Virus record (IMG/VR): IMGVR_UViG_3300034072_001021
Location: 195,141 to 259,140 of that record
DNA length: 64,000 nucleotides
Reading direction: 5' to 3' (one strand)
Position numbers and translations under genes: made by a program. The notes beneath the pieces were generated by a model, which saw nothing but the letters and a program-made list of their open reading frames with translations, did not search any database and was not told the origin of the DNA. Below are positions 1-9,221 of the stretch, in pieces (the first letter of the stretch is position 1; the number at the start of each line of letters is the position of its first letter).

Positions 1-60
1 GATGATGAAGAAGAGGACTTCCTTTACGAAGAGGAAGAAGACGACGAAATCTACTGGTAA
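1..60 (+). CDS. 3' end of an upstream gene with an acidic C-terminus (partial)
   Basis: Frame 1 reads DDEEEDFLYEEEEDDEIYW then TAA at 58-60; the start lies outside the window. Confidence 0.5.
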   Translation, partial: DDEEEDFLYEEEEDDEIYW

Positions 61-68
61 GGTGTGTT

Positions 69-389
69 ATGGAAACCAAGAAAGACCAGCCGTGTAAGAT
101 CTTGCATTTTAAGCCAAGGCAATATACAGTGTCTATTGCAGATCTGGGTGCATCATTGATCTGTGATACATCGCTGTCTTCCATGGTTTCCGCAACCTGC
201 ATCTCGCCAATGTTGTCCGTCATTGTCTCTGATAAGTCTACCATTAGTACGGCATTGTCCGGAAATTCGGTAGACCTCAGAGACATCCTTGATCAGGCAG
301 CCAAGCTCCATGAAGACATAAACCCAGAATTGGCCAGTGCTTTCATGGAACTCCTTAACAAAATAAGGAAGGACGATAGCAATGAGTGA
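69..389 (+). CDS. hypothetical protein, 106 aa
   Basis: ORF follows the upstream stop after AAGGTG; overlaps the next start. Confidence 0.65.
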   Translation: METKKDQPCKILHFKPRQYTVSIADLGASLICDTSLSSMVSATCISPMLSVIVSDKSTISTALSGNSVDLRDILDQAAKLHEDINPELASAFMELLNKIRKDDSNE

Positions 390-759
390 CGATAAGCCCG
401 ATGACCTTCCGATCTCTGAGGCAGACATCAAACTCCTCAGTATTCAGATCGACCCGAATGATCCTGATCCAAACAAGACTGTCAGGACTATCTTGGGTAA
501 TATGGTGAGTCACACCGATGCCACTGTCCCACTTGGAATGAGTTACGAACAGAGTGCCAATTATGGCCCTGGTGATTCTTCCGGTATCGTGAAAACGGTA
601 ATCTCTGTAACGTACCACGGTCAGCAACACCGGATCGCGATTCCCTCTGAGTGTACTCTTAAGGAACTGTACATGGAAATTTCCCGTCAAGTCGCTGCGT
701 TCGACCCTAACGGTGAAATCTGCCTGGAACGCCAAGGTATGGCCACTGATGCTTGGTAA
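382..759 (+). CDS. hypothetical protein, 125 aa
   Basis: Coupled to the previous ORF and followed by a hairpin terminator. Confidence 0.7.
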   Translation: MSDDKPDDLPISEADIKLLSIQIDPNDPDPNKTVRTILGNMVSHTDATVPLGMSYEQSANYGPGDSSGIVKTVISVTYHGQQHRIAIPSECTLKELYMEISRQVAAFDPNGEICLERQGMATDAW

Positions 760-769
760 AAGACACAGG

Positions 770-803
770 GCATAGAGAGGAGGCTACGGCCTCCTCTCTA
801 TGC
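770..803. terminator. bidirectional hairpin terminator
   Basis: GCATAGAGAGGAGG / CCTCCTCTCTATGC perfect stem between convergent genes. Confidence 0.8.
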
Positions 804-805
804 TG

Positions 806-1915
806 TCACTCGAGATATTGCTTGATATTGCGGGCAATGTAGTCGGCCAAGTACTCAGCTACGTCAGCTGGGATCTGGTTGACCAGATACTTACCACTCT
901 CTGCCTCACGCAAGCTACGACGAATCCGATTCCGGTCTGCGTCGTTCTTTACGTTCTTACTGAGGTAATCGAAACGTAGCAACATTGCAATGCATGGAAG
1001 ACGTGCAATGGTCAGTGCCCAGATCGCTTGGTTGGTGTAGGCAATGTCGGGCATCTTGACGACCTGCAGAAGATTATCCTGACCAATCACCGGGATGTTG
1101 GCCATGATTTCCATGTAGGTGTGCGTCTGAGAGATGAACTTGTCCACCACATCCTTGAGCGCCTTCTCAACCCGAGGGTAGAAGTCTGCCAGATAGAACG
1201 GCATGTCGCTGTCCAGTCTGACGTAATCCTGACTGCCCAGAAGAGAATGCACGGTATTCAGAATAGCCACATCCAAATGACTGGTCAGCATATTGGGAAT
1301 GATGACCTGAGTAAGGAAGTGAGCCACTGGCTGAACGAAACCATCAGGAGCAGTGTTAGCCACTGTCATCCGCCACAAGTGGTACTGACATGCTAGAAGC
1401 GGGATATTGATTTCCACTACAGCAGTAGCGCCTTTAGCAAGACCCTTGATCTCGTTGGTACCGTCAAGTTCAATGATACCGCAACCACTGACTGGATGTG
1501 ACAGAACCCGGATAGGACTCATGTCTTTCCAGTTGAACCAGATCTGAGCAGGTGTGATTGTGTCATCAGCGATTGCAATGATGATCTCTTTTACACCTTT
1601 GCCATAGAAATAGCTGTCGGTGGTGACTCGGCCGTGGTGCGCCCCGTTACAGAACCCCATCTGACCAGCCAGACGATTCACGATGCTGGACACCCGTAGG
1701 TAGTAATCGGGAAGGTCACCGTCAAACTTGACATCTATCTGCCCAAGGATGCGCTGAAGGATATGGTCGCTCTTCAGGTAGCCTGGGTTCAATGCTCGGT
1801 AGCGTCGATACTGACCTACCTGTACATTAAGGATCTCTCGCTTAATGTTGTCAAAGGCCATCGTAGCAGTGTTTGTCTGCCGTAGCGTCAGGCCTGAATT
1901 GAAGAGTGCGTACAT
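806..1915 (-). CDS. conserved chimallivirus protein upstream of chimallin (phiKZ gp52-like by synteny)
   Basis: Long ORF; likely start MYALF at 1915 (ORF track extends to 1975); lies divergent from chimallin. Confidence 0.75.
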   Translation of the reverse strand: MYALFNSGLTLRQTNTATMAFDNIKREILNVQVGQYRRYRALNPGYLKSDHILQRILGQIDVKFDGDLPDYYLRVSSIVNRLAGQMGFCNGAHHGRVTTDSYFYGKGVKEIIIAIADDTITPAQIWFNWKDMSPIRVLSHPVSGCGIIELDGTNEIKGLAKGATAVVEINIPLLACQYHLWRMTVANTAPDGFVQPVAHFLTQVIIPNMLTSHLDVAILNTVHSLLGSQDYVRLDSDMPFYLADFYPRVEKALKDVVDKFISQTHTYMEIMANIPVIGQDNLLQVVKMPDIAYTNQAIWALTIARLPCIAMLLRFDYLSKNVKNDADRNRIRRSLREAESGKYLVNQIPADVAEYLADYIARNIKQYLE

Positions 1916-1980
1916 GGAAATGGTTCCATTGTTAATAAGTCTCAAAGGATAGCTAGACTTACAGCCAAACATCATTTCGT

Positions 1981-1992
1981 GTAAAAAATAAC
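1981..1992 (+). promoter_or_regulatory. GTAAAAAATAAC motif, putative middle/non-virion RNAP promoter element
   Basis: Identical 12-mer at 32644-32655 and a +1A variant at 10099-10111, all intergenic. Confidence 0.4.
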
Positions 1993-2153
1993 ATGTTTAC
2001 CCCTATTGTATAGGAGATGTGCTCCGGGCAGGGTTGTGACCCTGTCGCCAAGGGAGGGTATTTCCTTTTCCCGGTTTTTATCGGTGTACACGCAGTAAAA
2101 ATAAACCCCACCAACTGATACGATGAAGCACGGAATGTAAATTCCATTCGAAT

Positions 2154-2184
2154 TATTCATGTAGATACATTATCAACGTGAATA
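2154..2184 (+). promoter_or_regulatory. putative early promoter (ATACAT core)
   Basis: TATTCATGTAGATACATTATCAACGTGAATA upstream of chimallin; the same core recurs at about 10 intergenic sites. Confidence 0.65.
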
Positions 2185-2242
2185 GTGGAGCAACGCTTCA
2201 ACGTTCACTAGGCCTAGTAACAAAAACCCAAGGAGTGTTTCA

Positions 2243-4138
2243 ATGTCCGTCAACGATCCGCACAACGGTCAAGAATCCGTGAACACTGGCGCCGAGCAGC
2301 GTCAAGACCGTGCAGCCCCTCAGCAGCAACAGCGTCAGGCCCCGGTGGTTAACTCCATCCTCGACCTGAACCGTCTCCTGGGTGGCGGCATGTCCCGTCG
2401 CACCAGCGGTGAACAACTGATCGCCGCCATCGCCGCCTGCAAGTTCTGGTTCTCCGCTGACCGTCAACTGGCCGCCGCCGGTGGCATCGATCTGACCAAG
2501 ATCCAGGTGATCGGCCTGGAAGCTTCCGAGCACAACGTCGAGGTCTCCTCGGTCATCCTGGCCTACCCGGTCGAGTCCCAGGGCACCCTGCGTGTTCTGA
2601 CTCACTTCCTGGCCCTGGAATCCAGCCTGGCTGAAGAGAACCAGGTCCGTACCGTCAACCTGAACCATCGCGACTACCCGCTGCCGGTAGTGGTCTCCGA
2701 CTACATGACCGAGTCCTACATGGCTCTGGTCGATGAGATCGTGAAGAAGCACTTCGAGCAGTCCCGTCGCAACGTCGAAGTACAGCGTGCCGGCTGGCGC
2801 ACCGTCTCCCGCAAGGTCAACTTCTCCGAGCCGGAAAGCACCGAAGCCCGCAACGTCGTGTTCTACGCCCAGGCGGCCATCGTGGCCATGTACAACCACG
2901 TCTACGAGCGTGACCTGTACTTCAGCCTCGAGTGGCTGAGCAAGAACTCCACCCTCGAGATCTCGGTCGACATGTCCGGCCGTGAGGCCCACAGCGCCGA
3001 TGGCCTGCCGCGCCGCCGCGACATCGCGGTGAACGTAGCCGGTAAGGTGGCCAAGGGCGACCAGACTGCTTCGGTTGGCCTGGCCAGCCTGGGTGGTTAC
3101 GTCAGCCTGATGTACTCGCCGCCCCAGGACGAAGACCGCTGGAATCGCAACGTCCGTCGCGATACCCCGTACTTCACTCCGACCCTGATCATCAACGCCA
3201 TCGACACCGGCACCAACAGCATCACTGCTGAGCAGCTGCTGCTCGGTCTGGCCGGCGCTTCGGTGATCAGCTCCAACCAGGCGTGGGCTCAGACCTTCCT
3301 GCCGGGCGAAGTTGCCCGCGGTGAGATCGACTACCGTGACACCGGCCTCCTGGGCCTGCTCGGTCCGGACAAGACCGCTTTCGAGATCGAAGCACGTACC
3401 AACCTCGACACCGACAAGTGGGGTCAGTACTTCTTCTCCCTCGTGAACGAGAACCTGGCCTGGGCTATCGAACTCGAGGAGGGTGGTGACAACTCCTGGA
3501 TCATGGGTCTGCTGCTCGACGCTGCTTCCGACACCAGCCCGAACCGTGACGCCGTACGTCGTCTGTACGACTTCGCCGATCGTCTGACCAACAACAACTT
3601 CTCCCGTCGCGCTGCCGAACTGGACGTCACCGTCCCGCTGCAGCTGTCCGGTGCCCGTTACCTGACCGGTACCTGGATCGACGAGCGTGGTGAAGAGCGT
3701 GACCTGCGCGAGTGGGATCTGCTCCGTTGGATGGCCCAGAACCCGACCGACGAAGGCACCTCGGCCCTGAACTACCAGGACGTCATCGACCGCGTCGACC
3801 TAGACGTGGAAGTGCGCGTATCCGAGCAGTTCACCCAGCTGACCAGTGCTCTGGGCGCGTCGAACGTGAAGTTCAGCCGCTACGTCGACCTGGCGTACAT
3901 CAATCCGAAGTTCATCCAGGCCCTGGCCGCTGCTGTGGCAGACTGCAAGATCAACATCGATCAGCGCAGCGCTCACTACAGCTTCGGCGCTCGTCGTCTG
4001 CGTGGCAACACTCGCATCCGCGATTTCGTGGGTGGCGACCTGACCAACGGCATGCTGTCCAGCCGTCGGATCGGTGGCAACGAGCGTTCCCTGCGTGGTC
4101 ACGTGGGCAACGGCTTCGGCCATGGTTCGTCCTTCTAA
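2243..4138 (+). CDS. chmA: chimallin, phage nuclear shell protein
   Basis: 631 aa with a Q-rich flexible N-terminus; GTWIDERGEERDLREWDLL and NPKFIQAL match motifs recalled from known chimallins; directly upstream of the nvRNAP beta'-N gene; strong codon bias. Confidence 0.88.
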   Translation: MSVNDPHNGQESVNTGAEQRQDRAAPQQQQRQAPVVNSILDLNRLLGGGMSRRTSGEQLIAAIAACKFWFSADRQLAAAGGIDLTKIQVIGLEASEHNVEVSSVILAYPVESQGTLRVLTHFLALESSLAEENQVRTVNLNHRDYPLPVVVSDYMTESYMALVDEIVKKHFEQSRRNVEVQRAGWRTVSRKVNFSEPESTEARNVVFYAQAAIVAMYNHVYERDLYFSLEWLSKNSTLEISVDMSGREAHSADGLPRRRDIAVNVAGKVAKGDQTASVGLASLGGYVSLMYSPPQDEDRWNRNVRRDTPYFTPTLIINAIDTGTNSITAEQLLLGLAGASVISSNQAWAQTFLPGEVARGEIDYRDTGLLGLLGPDKTAFEIEARTNLDTDKWGQYFFSLVNENLAWAIELEEGGDNSWIMGLLLDAASDTSPNRDAVRRLYDFADRLTNNNFSRRAAELDVTVPLQLSGARYLTGTWIDERGEERDLREWDLLRWMAQNPTDEGTSALNYQDVIDRVDLDVEVRVSEQFTQLTSALGASNVKFSRYVDLAYINPKFIQALAAAVADCKINIDQRSAHYSFGARRLRGNTRIRDFVGGDLTNGMLSSRRIGGNERSLRGHVGNGFGHGSSF

Positions 4139-4163
4139 GTAAGGTCGGTCCGTTAAATAGTTT

Positions 4164-4200
4164 GGGGAGCTTCGGCTCCCCAGGCTATGTTCTTTTGTTT
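4164..4200 (+). terminator. intrinsic terminator after chimallin
   Basis: GGGGAGC-TTCG-GCTCCCC followed by T-rich sequence. Confidence 0.75.
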
Positions 4201-4223
4201 TAATCCCAACCACAGGAGCGAGC

Positions 4224-5687
4224 ATGAACAAACGCAATGGCATTTACTTGCGGGTGCTCAACTACGACACTATGTTCCGGCATATGTCGACCCAGGCAAT
4301 CCTCATGAACGACTTCAACATCGATCTGGAGAGCGACCGCCTGAAGTTGAATCGCCTCATTTATGCCAGCCTTGATGGTGACTCACTCAGCAACACAGCA
4401 AGCTGCGACTGTGGTGAAATCGTCGGCATGGATAATTACGGTGTGCGCTGTAACACCTGTCTGTCCACTGTCGTACCGATCACCGAAAAGCCGCTGGAAT
4501 CGAAGCTGTGGCTGCGCGTCCCTCCGGGCATCAAGGCGTTCATTAACCTGACCGTCTGGCGCATTCTTTCCAAGAACCTGACTCACTCCAACTTCAGTAT
4601 CCTCGAGTACCTGTGCAACCCCCGCTACCAACCGCCTGGCAATCTCGCGGTAGACAAGATGCGGAAACTGGAACGCCTGGAAATCCCTCGCGGCTACAAC
4701 CATTTCATCGAGAACTACGAAGCAATCCTGGTGGCGTTGTTCAAGGCCGGCCTGCTCGGGCCTTCTGCCTCGGCACGTCAGCGGCGCAAGATCATGCGCT
4801 TCCTCCAGGAAAACTACGACCGTACGTTCTCCGAGTACATGCCATTCCCGACACGCCTGGGCTTTATCCGGGAGAGCGCGAATAACCGCATCACGGCCGA
4901 CCCGAAGATGGTAGCAGCGATCAACGCCGCGCACATCCTCATCGGTATCGAGACTCGTGAGTCGGCTGAGAACCAGCCCAAGCTCACACAAGCGGTTAAA
5001 GAGGCTCGGGTAGTCACGGCGCTACAGGGCATGGATTCGTACTACAAGACTTTCGAGTCTGAAATCGTCTTCAAGAAACCGGGCATTTCCCGTAAGCTGG
5101 TATATGGCACCAAGCCGTACTTCAGTTTCCGGGCAGTGATTACCTCCCGCCAGAAGCCGCACCGCCAAGATGGATTGGAGCTGCCCTGGTCGTTGAGTAC
5201 GTTGCTGTTCAAGCTCCATCTGCAGAACAAGCTGATGGATCGGAACTACACGCCCAATGAAATGGAGGCGATGATCTACGAGAACACGCTGCGTTGGCAC
5301 CCTGAGTTGGATCGTCTGTTCAAAGAGCTACTTGCCGAGGCTCCGAATGGTACCATCCCAACGACCTTCGGGCGCAACCCGACGCTGACTCGCGGATCGA
5401 TTGGCTACAACCAGATCGACACCATCAAGACAGACCCGACGGATAACACCATCTCCCTGTCTCCGCTGAACCTGATCGACAAGAACGCCGACTACGATGG
5501 CGACGCGCTGTGGGGTGAGCTTCCGCTCGACCATAAGAACGCCAAAATCATGTCCCGCCTTGACCCGGTCACCGGCGTGATGGACCTCAATAAACCTTTC
5601 ACCGTCTCGCGAAACACGACGTTGCCGGCGCCGCTTATCGCGACCCTGACGAACTGGATCATTGAGGGCGACGCTGTATCGAAATAA
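4224..5687 (+). CDS. non-virion RNA polymerase beta' N-terminal subunit (phiKZ gp55-like)
   Basis: Zn-binding CDCG..CNTC, FGRNPTL, and catalytic NADYDGD. Confidence 0.92.
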   Translation: MNKRNGIYLRVLNYDTMFRHMSTQAILMNDFNIDLESDRLKLNRLIYASLDGDSLSNTASCDCGEIVGMDNYGVRCNTCLSTVVPITEKPLESKLWLRVPPGIKAFINLTVWRILSKNLTHSNFSILEYLCNPRYQPPGNLAVDKMRKLERLEIPRGYNHFIENYEAILVALFKAGLLGPSASARQRRKIMRFLQENYDRTFSEYMPFPTRLGFIRESANNRITADPKMVAAINAAHILIGIETRESAENQPKLTQAVKEARVVTALQGMDSYYKTFESEIVFKKPGISRKLVYGTKPYFSFRAVITSRQKPHRQDGLELPWSLSTLLFKLHLQNKLMDRNYTPNEMEAMIYENTLRWHPELDRLFKELLAEAPNGTIPTTFGRNPTLTRGSIGYNQIDTIKTDPTDNTISLSPLNLIDKNADYDGDALWGELPLDHKNAKIMSRLDPVTGVMDLNKPFTVSRNTTLPAPLIATLTNWIIEGDAVSK

Positions 5688-5702
5688 GGAGCAACCAAAC
5701 CG

Positions 5703-6326
5703 ATGGCAATTGCAGTCTATGCAAGCGACGATGACTACGGCTTCATGCGCTATGGTCTTCCCTCCACCAACGAGAGAAGCATGCTGCGTGACCGAATCGA
5801 GCACACCGCTCGCTCGCACGGGTTGCTGGATACGGACTTCTATCGCCGAGCGATAGATAAGTTCAACTCCATCGACTTCGAGCGCATTGAGCGCAAGATC
5901 GAGGCCGTCCGTCGTAAGGTGACCCACATCTTCGACCGCGACATCATTAAACCGATGTCGTCGATCGGGGAGTTCCAGCAAGCAGGTCCCAATCAAGCTC
6001 GCTGGCTCATGGCAAACCCACGGGCTAAGAAATTGTTCGAGCAAGATATGATCCATGGCTGGCGTGACATGTTCACCAATCGTAACCCAGGCCGTTATGG
6101 GGACGATGATCCTGACTACCAACAGGTGATGAACGGTCTTGCCCAGTTTGACGACGAGGGCAATGAGAAGTTCGTGCAGTATCTGCATCTCTACGATGAA
6201 GATGGCCGTACGGAACTCTCGTTCGCCGACCAAGTCAGGGTCAGGGACAGCATGTGGGCTAACTTCAACGCGTTCCTAGACGAGGGCCTTGACGACCCTT
6301 CGGACGAAAACAACGGTTCGTTGTAA
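5703..6326 (+). CDS. conserved chimallivirus hypothetical protein, 207 aa
   Basis: RBS AAGGAG, typical codon usage, core-block position. Confidence 0.8.
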   Translation: MAIAVYASDDDYGFMRYGLPSTNERSMLRDRIEHTARSHGLLDTDFYRRAIDKFNSIDFERIERKIEAVRRKVTHIFDRDIIKPMSSIGEFQQAGPNQARWLMANPRAKKLFEQDMIHGWRDMFTNRNPGRYGDDDPDYQQVMNGLAQFDDEGNEKFVQYLHLYDEDGRTELSFADQVRVRDSMWANFNAFLDEGLDDPSDENNGSL

Positions 6327-6336
6327 TAAGGAAGCA

Positions 6337-6365
6337 CAGCACATGCCTTGATGGTATGTGCTGTG
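6337..6365. promoter_or_regulatory. intergenic inverted repeat (terminator or promoter hairpin)
   Basis: ACAGCACAT-N11-ATGTGCTGT with a T-tract about 15 nt downstream. Confidence 0.5.
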
Positions 6366-6400
6366 TCTACCCTTAATTTCTTTTTTGTCCGAGGTGAACA

Positions 6401-6826
6401 ATGGCTAAAGTCGTCCCCGTCCTTGGTCCTGCAGGTTTTTCATCAGACCTCACGATCAAAGCAGATGAAGTCATGGCCAATTTCTACATTGGTCAACGAT
6501 CCCAGTCTGACATGTTTCGCGGGTTCACTGTAAGTCTGAGCGATATTATCGCCCGTTACGGTAACTCTGAAATCGAGGTAGTGCGTGAACTGCGCAGTAA
6601 ACTCGAACCCTATCTGGAGCGTCAGTTTGATGAGGTGACGCTGGATGTCACCAGCACATCTACCGACACCAGTATTCAAATACAGATCTCGGCTATGTTA
6701 CGAGACGGTAACAAGAGTGTCGATATTGCGCACGTTGTATCGTCAGCCGATTCGAAGATTCGATCCATCATCGATCTTCAAAATGACGGAAGGCCACTGC
6801 GTTTGGCTGACCAACTCTTCAAGTAA
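6401..6826 (+). CDS. conserved hypothetical protein, 141 aa
   Basis: RBS GAGGTG; stop overlaps the next ATG. Confidence 0.75.
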   Translation: MAKVVPVLGPAGFSSDLTIKADEVMANFYIGQRSQSDMFRGFTVSLSDIIARYGNSEIEVVRELRSKLEPYLERQFDEVTLDVTSTSTDTSIQIQISAMLRDGNKSVDIAHVVSSADSKIRSIIDLQNDGRPLRLADQLFK

Positions 6827-6837
6827 TGGAGCTTCAA

Positions 6838-7419
6838 ATGTCCGAGCACGAGCAAAACCAAGACAACCGCCTGGCCTCGCTGGAAGAGCGCGTAGCGCAG
6901 CTGGAAACCAGCCTGCTGCAGGCCAACGACACCATCATCGGCCTGCAACGCACCATCGTCGAAATCACCGCTGACCACGTGAACCGCATCTTCAACGATC
7001 AAGTCCTGCTGGACTCCATCGCTCAACGCGTTCTGGTCGCCGGCGCCAACGCCATCTCCTTCAAGGCCAAGGCCTCCCGTCAGCAAGCCCCCGAGCTGAT
7101 GGTCGTGGAAGGCTATCTGAAAGGCGCCATCCGCGTCACCCTGAACGATGAAGGCGTCCTGGTCGAGATGGAAGACAATCCGGGCAGCGGCAACTGGGTC
7201 ACTGGCGAAGAACTGCCGGAAGGCATGCGTTCCCCGGAAGTCGCCCACGTGTTCGGTGATCTGCTGATCTCCTACGGCGCCGAAGTCGGCAAGGCCTACT
7301 TCATCATGGAGAAGGGCGACATCGAAGCCGCACGTGCAGAAGCCAACAAGGCTGCACTGGCGCTGACTGGTCTGGGTGAAAGCAGCGAAGAACAACCTGC
7401 TCCCGAAACCACTCACTGA
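6838..7419 (+). CDS. hypothetical protein with N-terminal coiled coil
   Basis: GGAG RBS before ATG 6838; heptad LASLEERVAQLETSL; highly biased codons. Confidence 0.8.
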   Translation: MSEHEQNQDNRLASLEERVAQLETSLLQANDTIIGLQRTIVEITADHVNRIFNDQVLLDSIAQRVLVAGANAISFKAKASRQQAPELMVVEGYLKGAIRVTLNDEGVLVEMEDNPGSGNWVTGEELPEGMRSPEVAHVFGDLLISYGAEVGKAYFIMEKGDIEAARAEANKAALALTGLGESSEEQPAPETTH

Positions 7420-7426
7420 TCGGCCA

Positions 7427-7444
7427 GGGGAGGGAAACCTCCCC
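7427..7444 (+). terminator. GNRA-capped hairpin without U-tract
   Basis: GGGGAGG-GAAA-CCTCCCC in a short intergenic gap. Confidence 0.5.
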
Positions 7445-7463
7445 ATCCATTGGAGATAAGACC

Positions 7464-8054
7464 ATGCAACTGAACGAAAACGATTTCAGTGAACTGGAAG
7501 CCATGGGTCGTGATACCTGTGCTCGTCTGCGCGAATCCGACTTCGTCAAGCGCCTACTGCCGCACCTGATCCCGTCTGAAGACGGCGACACCAATCGTCG
7601 TGTCGACATCTACGTGGCAGCTGCTGGTCATGCCAATCGCATGATCGAGGTGGTCGCCGACAACAACCCTGAAAAGGTGTTGTATGTCGTTCCTCCACTG
7701 ATCTCTCAGACCCCGATGGTGATCCGTTCTGAAGACTCTCGCCCCGAGACTTCGGTCAACGTGCTGGCAGACGAGTTCGAAGTATCGATCACCACTCAGC
7801 ATCCTGGTTATGTCATTGACCAGTATGTCCGTCGTCTGGTAGACCTGGCGTATAGCCCGACCGACGCCATTTCCATGCTGTACTCGCGTATGTGGGCCTC
7901 GATCTACATGCGTTACAACATTCCGCTGGAACGCCTGTTTGGCGATCAGGCCGATGCCGTCCGGAAAGAGTTCAATCTGGATCAGACAGCAACGGCTGAA
8001 GAAAAGGGCCCAAAACTCGATGACTTCACCGAAGACGATTTCGAACCCATGTGA
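7464..8054 (+). CDS. conserved hypothetical protein, 196 aa
   Basis: RBS GGAG, acidic C-tail, core-block position. Confidence 0.8.
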   Translation: MQLNENDFSELEAMGRDTCARLRESDFVKRLLPHLIPSEDGDTNRRVDIYVAAAGHANRMIEVVADNNPEKVLYVVPPLISQTPMVIRSEDSRPETSVNVLADEFEVSITTQHPGYVIDQYVRRLVDLAYSPTDAISMLYSRMWASIYMRYNIPLERLFGDQADAVRKEFNLDQTATAEEKGPKLDDFTEDDFEPM

Positions 8055-8070
8055 ATTGACGCCCTTGGCC

Positions 8071-9213
8071 ATGGGTGTCATGAAAGCCAATCGCACTGAC
8101 AAGTTCTTTGCGACGGTCTCTGACATCCATCTGGCCCATCCTCGGACAAATACCTACCACATCATCGAGAGCCTCAGGCAGGCATTTCCCGATAATGCGG
8201 AGACAGGCAATCTAGATATCATCTTCTTTGCCGGTGATGTGTTTGACCGTCTGATGAATCTGCCTCAAGATGAGGTGGACGCCATTCAAGAATGGATCGC
8301 GGATTTCTTGAAGATCTGCGTGAAATGGAACATTCTGGTTCGTGTCCTCGAAGGTACGCCGAGTCACGACTGGCATCAGTCCAAGCAATTCGTTAACGTC
8401 AACTCGGCGTTGGAAATACAGGCCAATCTCAAGTACGTCGAAACCCTCAGCATTGAGGTGATCAATGAGCTTGGTGGTATGAGTGTCCTGTACGTTCCCG
8501 ATGAATGGAATGCCGATGCTTCAGTTACTTGGAGTCAGGTACAAGAACTCCTGAGTATTCATGGGATGCAGAAAGTCGACATCGCGTGCATGCACGGATC
8601 GTTCGACTACCAGCTCCCGATTCAGTCACCAAAGAACCACAACAGCGAAAACTACCAGTCCATCGTCAGGCACTATATCACGATCGGACATGTCCATATT
8701 CGCAGCGAGAATGGCATCATTCTGGCTCAAGGTTCATTGGATCGACTGTCGCATGGCGAGGAAGCTGCCAAGGGTCATTACAGGGCCTGCATTTCCCAAG
8801 ATGGCAATTACCATTGGTTCGTTGAAAACACCAATGCCAAGATCTACAAGACCTTGGATTGTCGGGAGATGGAGTTGACCGAAGTGTTCGAGACGATGGA
8901 GGAAATGGAGAACTTCCCTGACGGTTCTTACTTCCGCCTTCTTATCAAACGCGACTCGGTTGTGCACCATGGTCTGAAAGACCTCAGGAAGCGCTTCCCC
9001 CAGTTTACGATCACCACTCAGATGGATGAGCTTAAACGTGCAGAGGATGCCCATCTCCTGCATGCTTACGATCAGAACACGATCGTCAAGCCCATCACGA
9101 TCACCCCGACCAACGTCTGGCAGGTGCTCGACGAACACATGCGTAAGAAATACCCAGACATCCCCGCTAATCAAGCACAGTCGATTGCTAAGGTGCTTGA
9201 AAAGTATAAGTAG
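8071..9213 (+). CDS. SbcD/Mre11-like metallophosphoesterase nuclease
   Basis: Motifs SDIHL, GDVFD, GTPSHD, MHG, GHVH; start at 8071 or 8080 (track ORF begins at 7939). Confidence 0.9.
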   Translation: MGVMKANRTDKFFATVSDIHLAHPRTNTYHIIESLRQAFPDNAETGNLDIIFFAGDVFDRLMNLPQDEVDAIQEWIADFLKICVKWNILVRVLEGTPSHDWHQSKQFVNVNSALEIQANLKYVETLSIEVINELGGMSVLYVPDEWNADASVTWSQVQELLSIHGMQKVDIACMHGSFDYQLPIQSPKNHNSENYQSIVRHYITIGHVHIRSENGIILAQGSLDRLSHGEEAAKGHYRACISQDGNYHWFVENTNAKIYKTLDCREMELTEVFETMEEMENFPDGSYFRLLIKRDSVVHHGLKDLRKRFPQFTITTQMDELKRAEDAHLLHAYDQNTIVKPITITPTNVWQVLDEHMRKKYPDIPANQAQSIAKVLEKYK

Positions 9214-9221
9214 GAGTCAGC

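Noticed and set aside
1959-2160. Two 62-aa minus-strand ORFs in the chimallin upstream region
   Set aside because: They overlap promoter motifs in AT-rich regulatory DNA and have no clear RBS
2243-4138. Major capsid protein as the identity of the highly biased 631-aa ORF
   Set aside because: No propeptide or HK97-like features; motifs and position before nvRNAP beta'-N fit chimallin
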